This document shows, one piece after another, positions 10,332-19,804 of a DNA stretch of 64,000 bases. The stretch covers positions 1-64,000 of the forward strand of contig CAYUVA010000019.1 in the NCBI GenBank assembly GCA_964448115.1, written 5' to 3'. How positions within the stretch are numbered: position 1 is the stretch's first letter; each line of letters starts with the position of its first letter. The position numbers were made by a program, and so were the translations under genes. The notes beneath the pieces are model-generated. The model did not search any database and had not been told where the DNA came from. It was given only the letters and a program-made list of their open reading frames with translations. The stretch is from an uncultured bacterium. GTDB lineage: Bacteria; CAYUVA01.

Positions 10332-10442
10332 AGCTTCGAGCCAGATCAATTCTTCAGTGCTTCTGCTGTTTCCAAATCCTTTGATCTATCGGCTCTATCC
10401 AGTTAGACTATGCGAAATGTAAAAAAACTGCGGAGGTCGTAA

Positions 10443-11705
10443 ATGAAAATACTTGTAATCGGAGGGGGCGGACGCGAACATGCCCTTTGCTGGAAGATTA
10501 GACAAAGCCGATTGGTAGATACGCTATATTGTGCGCCAGGAAACGCCGGAACCGCTGAAATTGCGGAGAATGTCGATATCAAAGCAGAAGACCTGAATGC
10601 TTTGCTTGGCTTCGCCAAAAGCATCCGCATTGATCTGACCGTTGTCGGTCCAGAAGCTCCACTTGCCAAGGGAATAGTCGATCTCTTCGAGTCCGAGGGG
10701 TTGACCATCTTTGGCGCCAACCAGCAGGCTGCCATGCTGGAGGCGAGCAAGGCGTTCACCAAGCGACTCTTAGCTGAAAACAACATCCCCACCGCTGACT
10801 TTGCCATATTCACCGAGCCGATGGAAGCCTGGAACTACCTGAGCGCAGCCAGGATGCCAACGGTGATAAAAGCCGATGGACTGGCAGCCGGCAAGGGAGT
10901 TATTATATGCTACGATGAGTCCGACTGCCGCTACGCGCTCAAGATGATGATGGATGACAAAGCCTTCGGCAGCGCAGGAGAGACCGTGGTCATCGAGGAT
11001 TATATCAAGGGCGAGGAGGCGAGCTTTCTAGCCTTCGTAAGTGGCGAGCAAATCCTGCCCATGCTCCCCTCTCAGGATCACAAGGCGGTCTATGACAACG
11101 ACCAGGGACCTAACACCGGCGGCATGGGAGCCTATGCGCCAGCGCCACTGGTCGATGATGCGATGGGCGACAAGATAATGGAACAGGTGATGAGCCCCCT
11201 AGTCACAGGATTGTGCAAAAAAGGCATAGAATTCAAGGGCGTATTATATGCTGGCTTGAAGATATACGATGGAACACCCCATGTGCTCGAGTTCAATGTC
11301 CGTTTCGGCGACCCGGAGTGCCAACCGCTGATGATGCTGCTTAAAAGCGATCTTGTCGAGGCGATGCTGGCGACCATCGAGGGGAGGCTGGATGAGCTTA
11401 GCCTTGAATGGAAGCCGGGGGCTTCGACCTGCGTAGTAGCTGCTTCCAAGGGCTATCCAGGCAAATACCAGAAAGACAAGCTGATAAGCGGACTTGATCT
11501 CCTTAAAGGACACAAAGACCTGGTCGTATTTCACGCCGGGACGAAAAAAATGGATAACAAGGTAGTAACCGCTGGGGGAAGAGTACTTGGAATCACCTCT
11601 TATGGCGATGATATTAGGCAGGCACGAGAAAAGGCGTACCAGGCGCTACAGCAGATCAGCTTCGAGGGGATGCACTATCGAAGAGACATTGGCGCAAAGG
11701 CATAG
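10443..11705 (+). CDS. purD: Phosphoribosylamine--glycine ligase
   Basis: GGGGREHAL, APGNAG, VVGPEAPL, KADGLAAGKGV, GPNTGGMGAY, EFNVRFGDPE. Confidence 0.98.
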   Translation: MKILVIGGGGREHALCWKIRQSRLVDTLYCAPGNAGTAEIAENVDIKAEDLNALLGFAKSIRIDLTVVGPEAPLAKGIVDLFESEGLTIFGANQQAAMLEASKAFTKRLLAENNIPTADFAIFTEPMEAWNYLSAARMPTVIKADGLAAGKGVIICYDESDCRYALKMMMDDKAFGSAGETVVIEDYIKGEEASFLAFVSGEQILPMLPSQDHKAVYDNDQGPNTGGMGAYAPAPLVDDAMGDKIMEQVMSPLVTGLCKKGIEFKGVLYAGLKIYDGTPHVLEFNVRFGDPECQPLMMLLKSDLVEAMLATIEGRLDELSLEWKPGASTCVVAASKGYPGKYQKDKLISGLDLLKGHKDLVVFHAGTKKMDNKVVTAGGRVLGITSYGDDIRQAREKAYQALQQISFEGMHYRRDIGAKA

Positions 11706-11707
11706 GG

Positions 11708-11870
11708 AAGGCTTGAGGCTTGAGAAAGAGAGAAGAATCACGCAAAGAAGAAAAGAAGGTTTTATTCGTCATTGATACCAATCACTCTCCTCTATCACCC
11801 CATAACGGTATCACTTCTTTCTTTGTGCCTTTGTGCCTTAGTGGTTAATAAACCCTCACGCCTCAAGTCT
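11708..11870. repeat. Nested inverted short-repeat element in the purD-rmlA spacer
   Basis: aggcttgaggcttgag ... ctcacgcctcaagtct outer pair; cacgcaaagaagaaaag ... ctttgtgcctttgtgcc inner pair. Confidence 0.55.
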
Positions 11871-11880
11871 ATTTTACATA

Positions 11881-11909
11881 TTGCCAGAAGCAGTTGACAT
11901 TGATACAAT
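11881..11909 (+). promoter_or_regulatory. sigma70 promoter for the rml operon
   Basis: TTGCCA-17 nt-TACAAT with TGn extension; AAGGAG RBS follows. Confidence 0.65.
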
Positions 11910-11927
11910 GAGAAAGGAGCAAAACTT

Positions 11928-13007
11928 ATGGAAGCCTCGCATCTAAAAGGATTGATACTAAGCGGTGGGAGAGGGACACGGCTGAGACCGCTTACCTACA
12001 CCCGCGCCAAGCAACTGGTGCCGGTCGCTAACAAACCGATATTATTTTATGGCATAGAAAGCCTGCGAGACGCTGGCATAACCGACATAGGCATCGTTGT
12101 CGGAGACACTAAGCAGGAGATCATGGATGCGGTGGGAAATGGGTCCGCATGGGGCGTCAAGGTAACCTATATCGAGCAGGAAGAGCCGCTAGGACTAGCC
12201 CATGCGGTAAAGATATCCCAGCCCTTTCTCAAAGAAAACCCCTTTGTCATGTACTTAGGTGATAATCTCATCTTCGAGCGGCTAAGCCACTTTGTCTCTG
12301 ATTTTATCAAGACCAGGGCTAACTCGGTGATACTGCTCGCCAGGGTGAAGAATCCCCAACAATTCGGTGTTGCAGAGCTGTCCGATGGCAAGGTGGTTCG
12401 ACTGGTGGAGAAGCCGAAGGTACCAAAGAGCGATCTCGCCCTGGTCGGGGTATATCTATTCGACAAGAATGTCTTCGAGGCGGTCGAGCATATCAAGCCC
12501 TCCTGGCGCAACGAGCTGGAGATCACCGATGCGATTCAGTACATGATGGATGCGGGAAATACGGTAATACCCCATATCATCAAGGGATGGTGGAAGGATA
12601 CCGGCAAGATCGAGGATATCCTGGAAGCCAACCGTATGGTACTCGATACCCTTGAGCCTAAGATCGAGGGCACGGTCGATGATAGCTCCATTATAGAGTT
12701 CAAGGTGCGCATCGAAAAGGGCGCCAGGATAATAAATAGCACCATCAGAGGTCCTGCCATAATCGGCGAGAATGCCCAAATCATTGACTCCTACATCGGT
12801 CCGTTCACCTCCGTCTCCAGGGGAACCTACATCGAGTGCGCCGAGATAGAACATAGCATCATATTGGATGAGTCGAGCGTTCAGCATATAGACACACGCA
12901 TAACCGATAGCCTGATCGGAAGAAATGTAAGAATAAATAAATCCAAGCTCCGTCCGGTGGCGCTTCGCTTCATGGTCGGAGACAACAGCGAGGTAGGGAT
13001 ACTGTAA
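11928..13007 (+). CDS. rmlA: Glucose-1-phosphate thymidylyltransferase (long form)
   Basis: LSGGRGTRLRPLT, KQLVPVANKP, PLGLAHAV, YLGDN, EKP, ELEITDAI, WKDTG, C-terminal hexapeptide region. Confidence 0.93.
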   Translation: MEASHLKGLILSGGRGTRLRPLTYTRAKQLVPVANKPILFYGIESLRDAGITDIGIVVGDTKQEIMDAVGNGSAWGVKVTYIEQEEPLGLAHAVKISQPFLKENPFVMYLGDNLIFERLSHFVSDFIKTRANSVILLARVKNPQQFGVAELSDGKVVRLVEKPKVPKSDLALVGVYLFDKNVFEAVEHIKPSWRNELEITDAIQYMMDAGNTVIPHIIKGWWKDTGKIEDILEANRMVLDTLEPKIEGTVDDSSIIEFKVRIEKGARIINSTIRGPAIIGENAQIIDSYIGPFTSVSRGTYIECAEIEHSIILDESSVQHIDTRITDSLIGRNVRINKSKLRPVALRFMVGDNSEVGIL

Positions 13008-13468
13008 TGAAACTAATCGATGGCGTTAACATCAAGCACCTTCGCGTTATACCGGATGAGCGCGGTTGGCTAATGGAGATATTGCGCTGCGATGATCCGT
13101 TCTACCAGAAGTTCGGGCAGGTCTATATGACCGTTGCTTACCCAGGCGTAGTCAAGGGATGGCACTATCATAAGCTGCAGACAGATCACTTCTGCGTTAT
13201 CAAGGGGATGCTCAAGGTGGCACTAGCAGATCTGCGCGATAAATCACCGACTAAAGGGCTGGTCAACGAGTTCTTCATGGGCGAACATAATCCTATATTG
13301 ATCACTATTCCCCCCTATGTTGCACACGGGATAAAGGGTGTCGGCACCGAGCCGGGCTTCCTTATCAACATACCGACCGAACCTTACAATCGCACCAACC
13401 CGGATGAGTACCGCATCGATCCCCATGATAACGACATCGACTACGACTGGTCGCGAAAGGACGGCTAG
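13007..13468 (+). CDS. rmlC: dTDP-4-dehydrorhamnose 3,5-epimerase family (cupin)
   Basis: DERGWLMEI, PGVVKGWHYH, IPPYVAHG; coupled to rmlA and rmlB. Confidence 0.88.
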   Translation: MKLIDGVNIKHLRVIPDERGWLMEILRCDDPFYQKFGQVYMTVAYPGVVKGWHYHKLQTDHFCVIKGMLKVALADLRDKSPTKGLVNEFFMGEHNPILITIPPYVAHGIKGVGTEPGFLINIPTEPYNRTNPDEYRIDPHDNDIDYDWSRKDG

Positions 13469-14476
13469 ATGAAAAGGATGTTGGTTACCGGCGGAGCTGG
13501 CTTCATCGGCAGCAACTTCATCCGGCTTATGCTGAGAAAATACTACGATTACCGAATAGTCAACCTTGATAAGCTAGCTTATGCGGGCAATCTGGATAAT
13601 CTAAAAGATATCGAGCAGGATTCGCGTTACAGCTTCGTAAAGGGGGACATAGCCGACAAGAAGCTGGTCTTCGACCTTTGCTCGCAGGGATTCGATTACA
13701 TAGTCAACTTCGCTGCCGAGACGCATGTTGACCGCTCCATCGGGCAACCTGATGACTTCATCAAGACCGATATCATGGGCACATTCACCCTGCTGGAGGC
13801 GGTCAGGGAGTTTAAGATCCCCCGCTTCTTACAGATTAGCACCGATGAGGTCTATGGCAGCATCGAGCAAGGCTCTTTCACCGAGGCATCTCCCCTGCTC
13901 CCCAACAGCCCCTACTCGGCTTCCAAAGGTGGCGCAGACCTTCTGGTGCGATCTTATGTGGTAACCTACGGCATCGATGCGCTGATAACCAGAAGCTCCA
14001 ATAACTATGGGGCTTATCAGCACCCGGAGAAGTTTATCCCTTTGTTCATCATCAATGCCCTCAACGACAGGGAGCTCCCCCTTTATGGCGAGGGTCTGAA
14101 TGTGCGCGACTGGCTGCATGTCATCGATAACTGCCAGGCGATTGATATGGTGCTGCACGAGGGCATAGCCGGCGAGATCTACAACATCGGTGGAGAGCAC
14201 GAGGAGAAAAATATCGATGTGGCAAGGATGATCGTTAGGCGACTCGGCAAGCCTGAATCTCTCATCGTACCGGTCAAGGATCGCCCCGGACACGATAAGC
14301 GATACTCACTCGACACCAGCAAGATTAAAAGCCTCGGCTGGAAGCCTCGAACAGACTTCGAGAAGGGATTAAACGATACGGTCGATTGGTATGCCAGCAA
14401 CCGCTGGTGGTGGGAGAAAATAATAAACTCCCAACAATGGAAGCGATACTACGACCGCCAGTACAATAAAAGATAG
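13469..14476 (+). CDS. rmlB: dTDP-glucose 4,6-dehydratase
   Basis: TGGAGFIGSNF, FAAETHVDRSI, STDEVYG, YSASK, RDWLHV, DRPGHDKRY. Confidence 0.96.
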   Translation: MKRMLVTGGAGFIGSNFIRLMLRKYYDYRIVNLDKLAYAGNLDNLKDIEQDSRYSFVKGDIADKKLVFDLCSQGFDYIVNFAAETHVDRSIGQPDDFIKTDIMGTFTLLEAVREFKIPRFLQISTDEVYGSIEQGSFTEASPLLPNSPYSASKGGADLLVRSYVVTYGIDALITRSSNNYGAYQHPEKFIPLFIINALNDRELPLYGEGLNVRDWLHVIDNCQAIDMVLHEGIAGEIYNIGGEHEEKNIDVARMIVRRLGKPESLIVPVKDRPGHDKRYSLDTSKIKSLGWKPRTDFEKGLNDTVDWYASNRWWWEKIINSQQWKRYYDRQYNKR

Positions 14477-14491
14477 AGAGGCAAGGCTGCT

Positions 14492-15355
14492 TTGTGGACA
14501 CTGGTCAAGGTTTGCTTCTGGCTGCTTTTAGGCTCCAGCGCATTCAATGGATTCTTCTACGGCAATCGCTGGCAGGTAAGATTCAGCAAGCTCAAGGATA
14601 AGGATAGCTATCGGGGATACCACCGATACCTATGGACCAAAGCCCTGCTTGCTTTCTTCGCTGAGGTGGTGATCTCGCTTTGGTGCCAGTTCATTCTCCC
14701 CTTTTTCTGGCTTCCATCAAGGCTGTTTCCATCGCGCAAGGATAACAGCAAAGAACCGATCCTGTTCGTGCACGGCTATATGCAAAACTCCTCCAACTTC
14801 CTGTGCCTGGCGTGGCGACTATACCAGAGCGGGCTTATGAATCTCCATTTCATCAATATTCGCAGGATCTACAGCTCCGTGGAGCGCTCCGCAGAGCAAC
14901 TCAAGACAAAGGTTGAGGCTATTCTTAGTGAGCAGCCCGATGTCAAGATCACACTGATCGGGCACAGCCTCGGCGGATTGATCAGTCGCTACTACATCCA
15001 GCGTCTCGGTGGTAAGGAGAAGGTCAGGAGGCTGATCACCATCGGGACTCCGCATCATGGCACTGAAGCCGCCTGTTTCGGCTTTGGAGTCGCTGCGGCA
15101 CAGATAGTGCCAGGGAGCAGGTTCCTACAAGAGCTTAATGCGCCAGGCAACCTAGATGAAACGGTACCGATGATCTCGATATACTCAGACTTCGATCAGT
15201 TGGTCTATCCCTCGACCGCAGCCGTGTTGCCATCGCCGCAAAAAAGTATCGAGGTACCATACCTTGGGCATCTTTCGCTGCTTTATTCCAAGAGGGTTTT
15301 TCGCGCCATTAGAGAACTGGAACTGGAGTCTAAAAATCAAGCACCTTTTGATTGA
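14492..15355 (+). CDS. Membrane-anchored alpha/beta hydrolase (lipase/esterase)
   Basis: N-terminal hydrophobic segments; FVHGY, GHSLGG, IGTPHHGT, D..V, GH. Confidence 0.85.
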   Translation: MWTLVKVCFWLLLGSSAFNGFFYGNRWQVRFSKLKDKDSYRGYHRYLWTKALLAFFAEVVISLWCQFILPFFWLPSRLFPSRKDNSKEPILFVHGYMQNSSNFLCLAWRLYQSGLMNLHFINIRRIYSSVERSAEQLKTKVEAILSEQPDVKITLIGHSLGGLISRYYIQRLGGKEKVRRLITIGTPHHGTEAACFGFGVAAAQIVPGSRFLQELNAPGNLDETVPMISIYSDFDQLVYPSTAAVLPSPQKSIEVPYLGHLSLLYSKRVFRAIRELELESKNQAPFD

Positions 15356-17532
15356 GGGTACTTCAGGGCGTTTTTCTCGTCCATCTCCTCCTGGATAGCT
15401 TTATAGATATCAACCGATCTCGTAGGGTCTATGATGCTTATAACAAGGGCAAATCTCTGGTATGTGATCTCCTTTGGGAGATCCTTGACCGATGGCTTTA
15501 TGGTCAGACTCCAGTCGCTCCCATAGCCTGATCTCTGCCATGCGAAGATGCCGAATTTTATGTTATGCCTTGTTTGCTTGTTGGTCGCCTCGAAGTTCTT
15601 TGGACCGATGGTAGTCCTTCTGCCGGTAGCTCCTTTTTGGAAAGTTATGCCAAGATTTACCAACTGGTATCGAAAGGTGGTTCTATCCACCGGCGGGTCA
15701 TAGACCAGGGTGAAGATAATCCTCTTTTTTCCCTTAATTTTATCCATTACCTGGGGTATCCTGAATGGGATCGTTGCCTCGTACTTTAGGTTTAGCGAAG
15801 AATCTAGAATATAGGTGCAACAATGGGGATCAGAATACAGTGCCTTGTCCAGGTCCGGCATTCCGAAGCCAGTAGGATGTGAGGGCTTCTTGCCTTCATT
15901 TTGTTCCCTTAACAGGGCAGAATGGACTAATAGCGCTTTGAGCATATTGGTGGAAGCTCCTGGATAAGCATGAAGTATCTTGGCTGCCATCCTTGCCACG
16001 AGCGGATTTGCGAAGCTGGTTCCTATATCGTGACTGAAGAACTCTGACCTGCTTCTTCCCAAGGACTTCATGGCAATTTGTTCATCAAAGTATGCCAGTT
16101 TTGTGCTGTTGCCCCCATGTTCAACGAGGTCAGGACGCCATCTTCCATCGGATGAGCGCCCGCATCTTGTGAATGGGGATGGTTGCCCCGCCGGCGCAAG
16201 CGCACTCTTGTTGGAAAGTAAAGCCATACTGCCTACTGCCAGGATATTACAACCCTCAGCGGGAGATAGGATGGTTGAATTCGGGTTCTCCAGATAGTCG
16301 GGATATTGGCTATTATTAGACAAATATTCCCTTATCTCTTGTAGATGAATGTTGCCAGTAGAGACGGTGATCAGAACATCGTAGCGCCTCGCAATATTAT
16401 CAAGATCCTCGGATAAAATTGATATTTCCTCGGCTTTATTCCAGTTTATAGAAAGGTTATAAACCCTCACCTTTGGCGAATAGCGGCGGACGATATCCTC
16501 GATGATGTTTGCAAGGCTTGATATATATCCTCTCCGGTCATTTATCACCTTGGTCATCAAAACCTTTACATCAGGATTTCTCGGTCGCTTCCTGAAATTA
16601 TCCCCATAGGCACAAAGCCCTGCTATAAATGTCCCATGCCCGATCAAATCATCAGGTCCTCCGCTATCGATGGCATCGATCGCATCTAGTACACAATCTT
16701 TAAGCAGCGGATGCTCGCTGTATATCCCGGTATCAAAGACCCCGACTATTGGAGTATCAGCATCAATACTAGGCTTGAAATGATGGTAGTCTCCTTCAAA
16801 AGGGGATGTGGATTCAGTTTTTTTTTCCTCAAGCTCGATTTTGGGGGTCGTCCTCACCTTGTAAACTGCATCAAGCCCCTGAAGAAGCTCATCGACCGTT
16901 TCTGAATCCATTCTAGCAGAGGCGAGACAATAGCGATCGCTTAGAAGAGAGACACTCAGCTCCACACCCCTTGTGTCCAGAAATCGCTGCAAGGCATCTA
17001 GCAGATCCCGGTATTTGCCTTCCCCCATCTTAGGCAACAGCTCCACCTCTACCTCAACCTTCTGCGAGGGCTGCTTCTTTATCTTTCTTTTTAGACTCTT
17101 GGCTACCTTGTGGGTCAGGTCTTGAGCCTTTATCTCTTTAATATTGCTGAAGTAGGACTTGAGCTTTCCTCCCTCGTAAGCCTTGATGAATCCATCCAGC
17201 TTCGCTTTGTCTTTCTTATCAAAGGCTACCAGGGCGGTCTTTGCATCCAAGGTTACCAGCCTGGTCAAGCCGAGCTTCTCAAAGACCTTTCCAGATTGCT
17301 CCACGGTGTTTTCCAGCTTGACGATGAAATATATATCCCGGTCATCGTATAAAGCGCTTCGCGAGCTGGAAATAGCAAAGACCTCCTCAACCTGGTCGTA
17401 TAGAAGACGACTATGCTCACGAAATCCCATGCCGGTGGTCTTGGGAATGATCCTTCCCGGCTTTTTTCGCTTCGAGCTTACATCCTCGGCGGGAATGGGA
17501 ATGTGCTTATATTTCTTGTCATCATCACCCAT
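15337..17532 (-). CDS. Cytoplasmic S8 serine protease of the IetS/Y4bN type
   Basis: Triad FDTGI, HGTFIAG, GTSFANP; SPAE..NILAVGS, PSPFTRCG, PDLVEHGGN, KALLVHSA, GFGMP, TLVYDPP, QRFALVISI; no signal peptide. Confidence 0.85.
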   Translation of the reverse strand: MGDDDKKYKHIPIPAEDVSSKRKKPGRIIPKTTGMGFREHSRLLYDQVEEVFAISSSRSALYDDRDIYFIVKLENTVEQSGKVFEKLGLTRLVTLDAKTALVAFDKKDKAKLDGFIKAYEGGKLKSYFSNIKEIKAQDLTHKVAKSLKRKIKKQPSQKVEVEVELLPKMGEGKYRDLLDALQRFLDTRGVELSVSLLSDRYCLASARMDSETVDELLQGLDAVYKVRTTPKIELEEKKTESTSPFEGDYHHFKPSIDADTPIVGVFDTGIYSEHPLLKDCVLDAIDAIDSGGPDDLIGHGTFIAGLCAYGDNFRKRPRNPDVKVLMTKVINDRRGYISSLANIIEDIVRRYSPKVRVYNLSINWNKAEEISILSEDLDNIARRYDVLITVSTGNIHLQEIREYLSNNSQYPDYLENPNSTILSPAEGCNILAVGSMALLSNKSALAPAGQPSPFTRCGRSSDGRWRPDLVEHGGNSTKLAYFDEQIAMKSLGRSRSEFFSHDIGTSFANPLVARMAAKILHAYPGASTNMLKALLVHSALLREQNEGKKPSHPTGFGMPDLDKALYSDPHCCTYILDSSLNLKYEATIPFRIPQVMDKIKGKKRIIFTLVYDPPVDRTTFRYQLVNLGITFQKGATGRRTTIGPKNFEATNKQTRHNIKFGIFAWQRSGYGSDWSLTIKPSVKDLPKEITYQRFALVISIIDPTRSVDIYKAIQEEMDEKNALKYPQSKGA

Positions 17533-17578
17533 GGCTCTTATTTACCTAGTTGCAATCATCATTAAGGCTCTATATCCC

Positions 17579-18646
17579 CTAAAAGACATCCCATGGTTCG
17601 GGTAAGAATAGCCTTCTATAGGTCTCCAGGGCATATCGGTCGCTCATGCCGGCGATATAATCGCAGACGATCTGCTTCAGGCTCTCGTCCTTGAATTGGG
17701 GTTTGGAGTACATTTCATAGCGTGGTATCTGTAAAGGATGGTGCGAATAGTACTCGAACAGCTCGCGCAGGATCTTCTCAACCTTCACCATAGAAATCTT
17801 TGCCCTATCATCAAGGTAAACATTCTCATAAAGAAAGCTGCGCAGCTCGACAAGCACCTCATATAGTCCGGGGCTTGCCTTGATTGCATCAAGCTTGCTA
17901 TCCAACGATGAGTATATCACATCCCTGATCATACTATCGAGGCGGCTTTTTATGGTTTCTCCCAGACGCTTTGCAATATGCTTGGGCACTGAACCGGGTC
18001 GCAAGATACCGGCTCTGATTGCATCATCGAGGTCATGGTTCACATAAGCGATGATATCGCTAATTCGCACCACCTGTCCCTCAAGTGTCGCCGGGATCGA
18101 TTCGCTTGGTTCAAGGATGGGCATGTTCATTCCCTTGGAATGTCTCATGATCCCATCTCGCACCTCCCAGGTAAGATTCAGCCCCTCGCCATCATTTTCG
18201 AGCAGATCTACTACCCGTAGGCTCTGCAGGTTGTGTTGGAACTCGCTGCCCATGCACTCGGTAAGCACCTGCTCCCCAGCGTGCCCAAATGGCGTATGCC
18301 CCAGGTCATGCCCTAGCGCGATAGCTTCGGTGAGATCCTCATTCAAGCGCAAAGCTCTCGAGATCGTCCGAGCGACCTGCATTACCTCGAGCGTGTGCGT
18401 TAGCCTGGTGCGATAATGATCCCCAGCCGGGGATAGAAAAACCTGTGTCTTGTGTTTGAGCCTACGAAACGCCTTGCAGTGGATTATACGATCCCGATCC
18501 CGCTGGAAGTCGGTTCGGATCTCGCACTTAGGTTCATAATTCTGCCTGCCGCGGCTTTGGCTGGATGGACATGCTTGGGCACATAGCAAGCTCTCCTCTA
18601 TACTCTCGTAGCGTTGACGAATTGTAAGTTTATCTTCGCTGGACAC
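17579..18646 (-). CDS. dgt: Deoxyguanosinetriphosphate triphosphohydrolase-like protein (short HD-domain form)
   Basis: RTDFQRDRDRI, FRRLKHKTQVF, RTRLTHTLEV, HDLGHTPFGHAGE, DYIAGMSD. Confidence 0.95.
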   Translation of the reverse strand: MSSEDKLTIRQRYESIEESLLCAQACPSSQSRGRQNYEPKCEIRTDFQRDRDRIIHCKAFRRLKHKTQVFLSPAGDHYRTRLTHTLEVMQVARTISRALRLNEDLTEAIALGHDLGHTPFGHAGEQVLTECMGSEFQHNLQSLRVVDLLENDGEGLNLTWEVRDGIMRHSKGMNMPILEPSESIPATLEGQVVRISDIIAYVNHDLDDAIRAGILRPGSVPKHIAKRLGETIKSRLDSMIRDVIYSSLDSKLDAIKASPGLYEVLVELRSFLYENVYLDDRAKISMVKVEKILRELFEYYSHHPLQIPRYEMYSKPQFKDESLKQIVCDYIAGMSDRYALETYRRLFLPEPWDVF

Positions 18647-18664
18647 CTTGTTGCAACGGCTTCA

Positions 18665-19465
18665 TTAGCCTTCGGATTCTGCCTTTGACTCTACAAGTAT
18701 ATTCTCGGTTTCAGATTCGGTTGAGGATACTTGATCCATCCTTGCCTCGACCACAGCCAGCTTGCGCTCTGCCTGCCTAGCAAAGGTCGTACCCGGTTCC
18801 ACCTGGCTTTTTACCTGTTGATAAAGCTCCCTTGCCTTGGGGAGATTCCCTTTATCCTCGTATAGACGAGCTAGCTCCATTAGAGCCAGGAACCTCAGCG
18901 GCGAATCCGGGTACTGCCTGCTAATCTCTTCGAGCCTGGTCATCGCCTCATCGACCCTACCGTCTCCCTCCAGAGAAAAAGCAATTGCAAGCCTTGCCGA
19001 GGCTGCATAGTATCCATCAGGATACTTCTTTAGGTACTGCTTGAAGGTTTCGATGCTGCTGGTGAACTTGCCCTGCTCGTACTGCGCCTTGCCAAGGTAG
19101 TACAGAGCTTCCTCGCTAACATTGCTGCTGCTGAACTGGTTTGCAACTCGTGAGAAGTTTTCCTCTGCCTGTTGTAGCCTGAATTCAACCTCGTCTTTAC
19201 TCACCAGATCGTCGGTTCGTTGTACAGTGAAGGCGTTCGAGTAGTTATCCCAGGCTGTATAATATGCGTTGGCTGCCTGTCGGTTCATCGAGTCCTGGTA
19301 GTAGTTATATCCGAAGTATCCGACGATGATTAAAAGGACTCCGGTAACGATATAAGCTAAAGTGGTTCGATTCTCCTTGAACCATTCGATCGTCTCGGTT
19401 ACCCAGTTGACAAAGGGGTCTTCCTTCAGGTGAAGCTCCGCCTTTTTATAATGTCGCTTTGCCAT
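18665..19465 (-). CDS. Membrane-anchored TPR protein (YfgM-like)
   Basis: Start reassigned to ATG 19465 (MAKRHYKK) behind an AGGAGG RBS; one TM helix followed by TPRs (ALYYLGKAQYEQG, ARLAIAFSLEG, ALMELARLYEDKG). Confidence 0.85.
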   Translation of the reverse strand: MAKRHYKKAELHLKEDPFVNWVTETIEWFKENRTTLAYIVTGVLLIIVGYFGYNYYQDSMNRQAANAYYTAWDNYSNAFTVQRTDDLVSKDEVEFRLQQAEENFSRVANQFSSSNVSEEALYYLGKAQYEQGKFTSSIETFKQYLKKYPDGYYAASARLAIAFSLEGDGRVDEAMTRLEEISRQYPDSPLRFLALMELARLYEDKGNLPKARELYQQVKSQVEPGTTFARQAERKLAVVEARMDQVSSTESETENILVESKAESEG

Positions 19466-19619
19466 TCCAAAAGCCTCCTTAGAAAGAGTCCTCGCCCCCT
19501 GCCCTCTCCAAGTCTGGAGATGGGATGTCGAACTCCCCTTCCCCAAACTTGGGCAAGGGGCCGGGGGATGGGGTCTCCTTTAATTATCATTACACAAGGT
19601 TTGAGTTTAGCATAACTTG
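19426..19619. repeat. 194-bp direct repeat, copy 1 (promoter, leader and first 13 codons of the TPR gene)
   Basis: Identical to 23624.. over the first 134 bp, then 9 mismatches in the last 60 bp; offset 4198. Confidence 0.95.
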
Positions 19620-19804
19620 AAGACTTGATCATATATCGATTTGCATTCCCAGATCTTCAGTTTGAAATTGCTTTACTAGGGGGAAGTCCTTTTCTTGAAA
19701 AATGTTATCCCCAATCCCCAATGCCAAGAGCTTTATCAATTATGTTCTTCAAGTCAAAGGCTCTAAGCACCTTGACCCCTCCTCTTTTATAGAATAGATC
19801 ATTA

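Noticed and set aside
19466-19546. N-terminal extension of the TPR ORF in the ORF track
   Set aside because: It runs through the palindromic leader; the AGGAGG RBS supports ATG 19465
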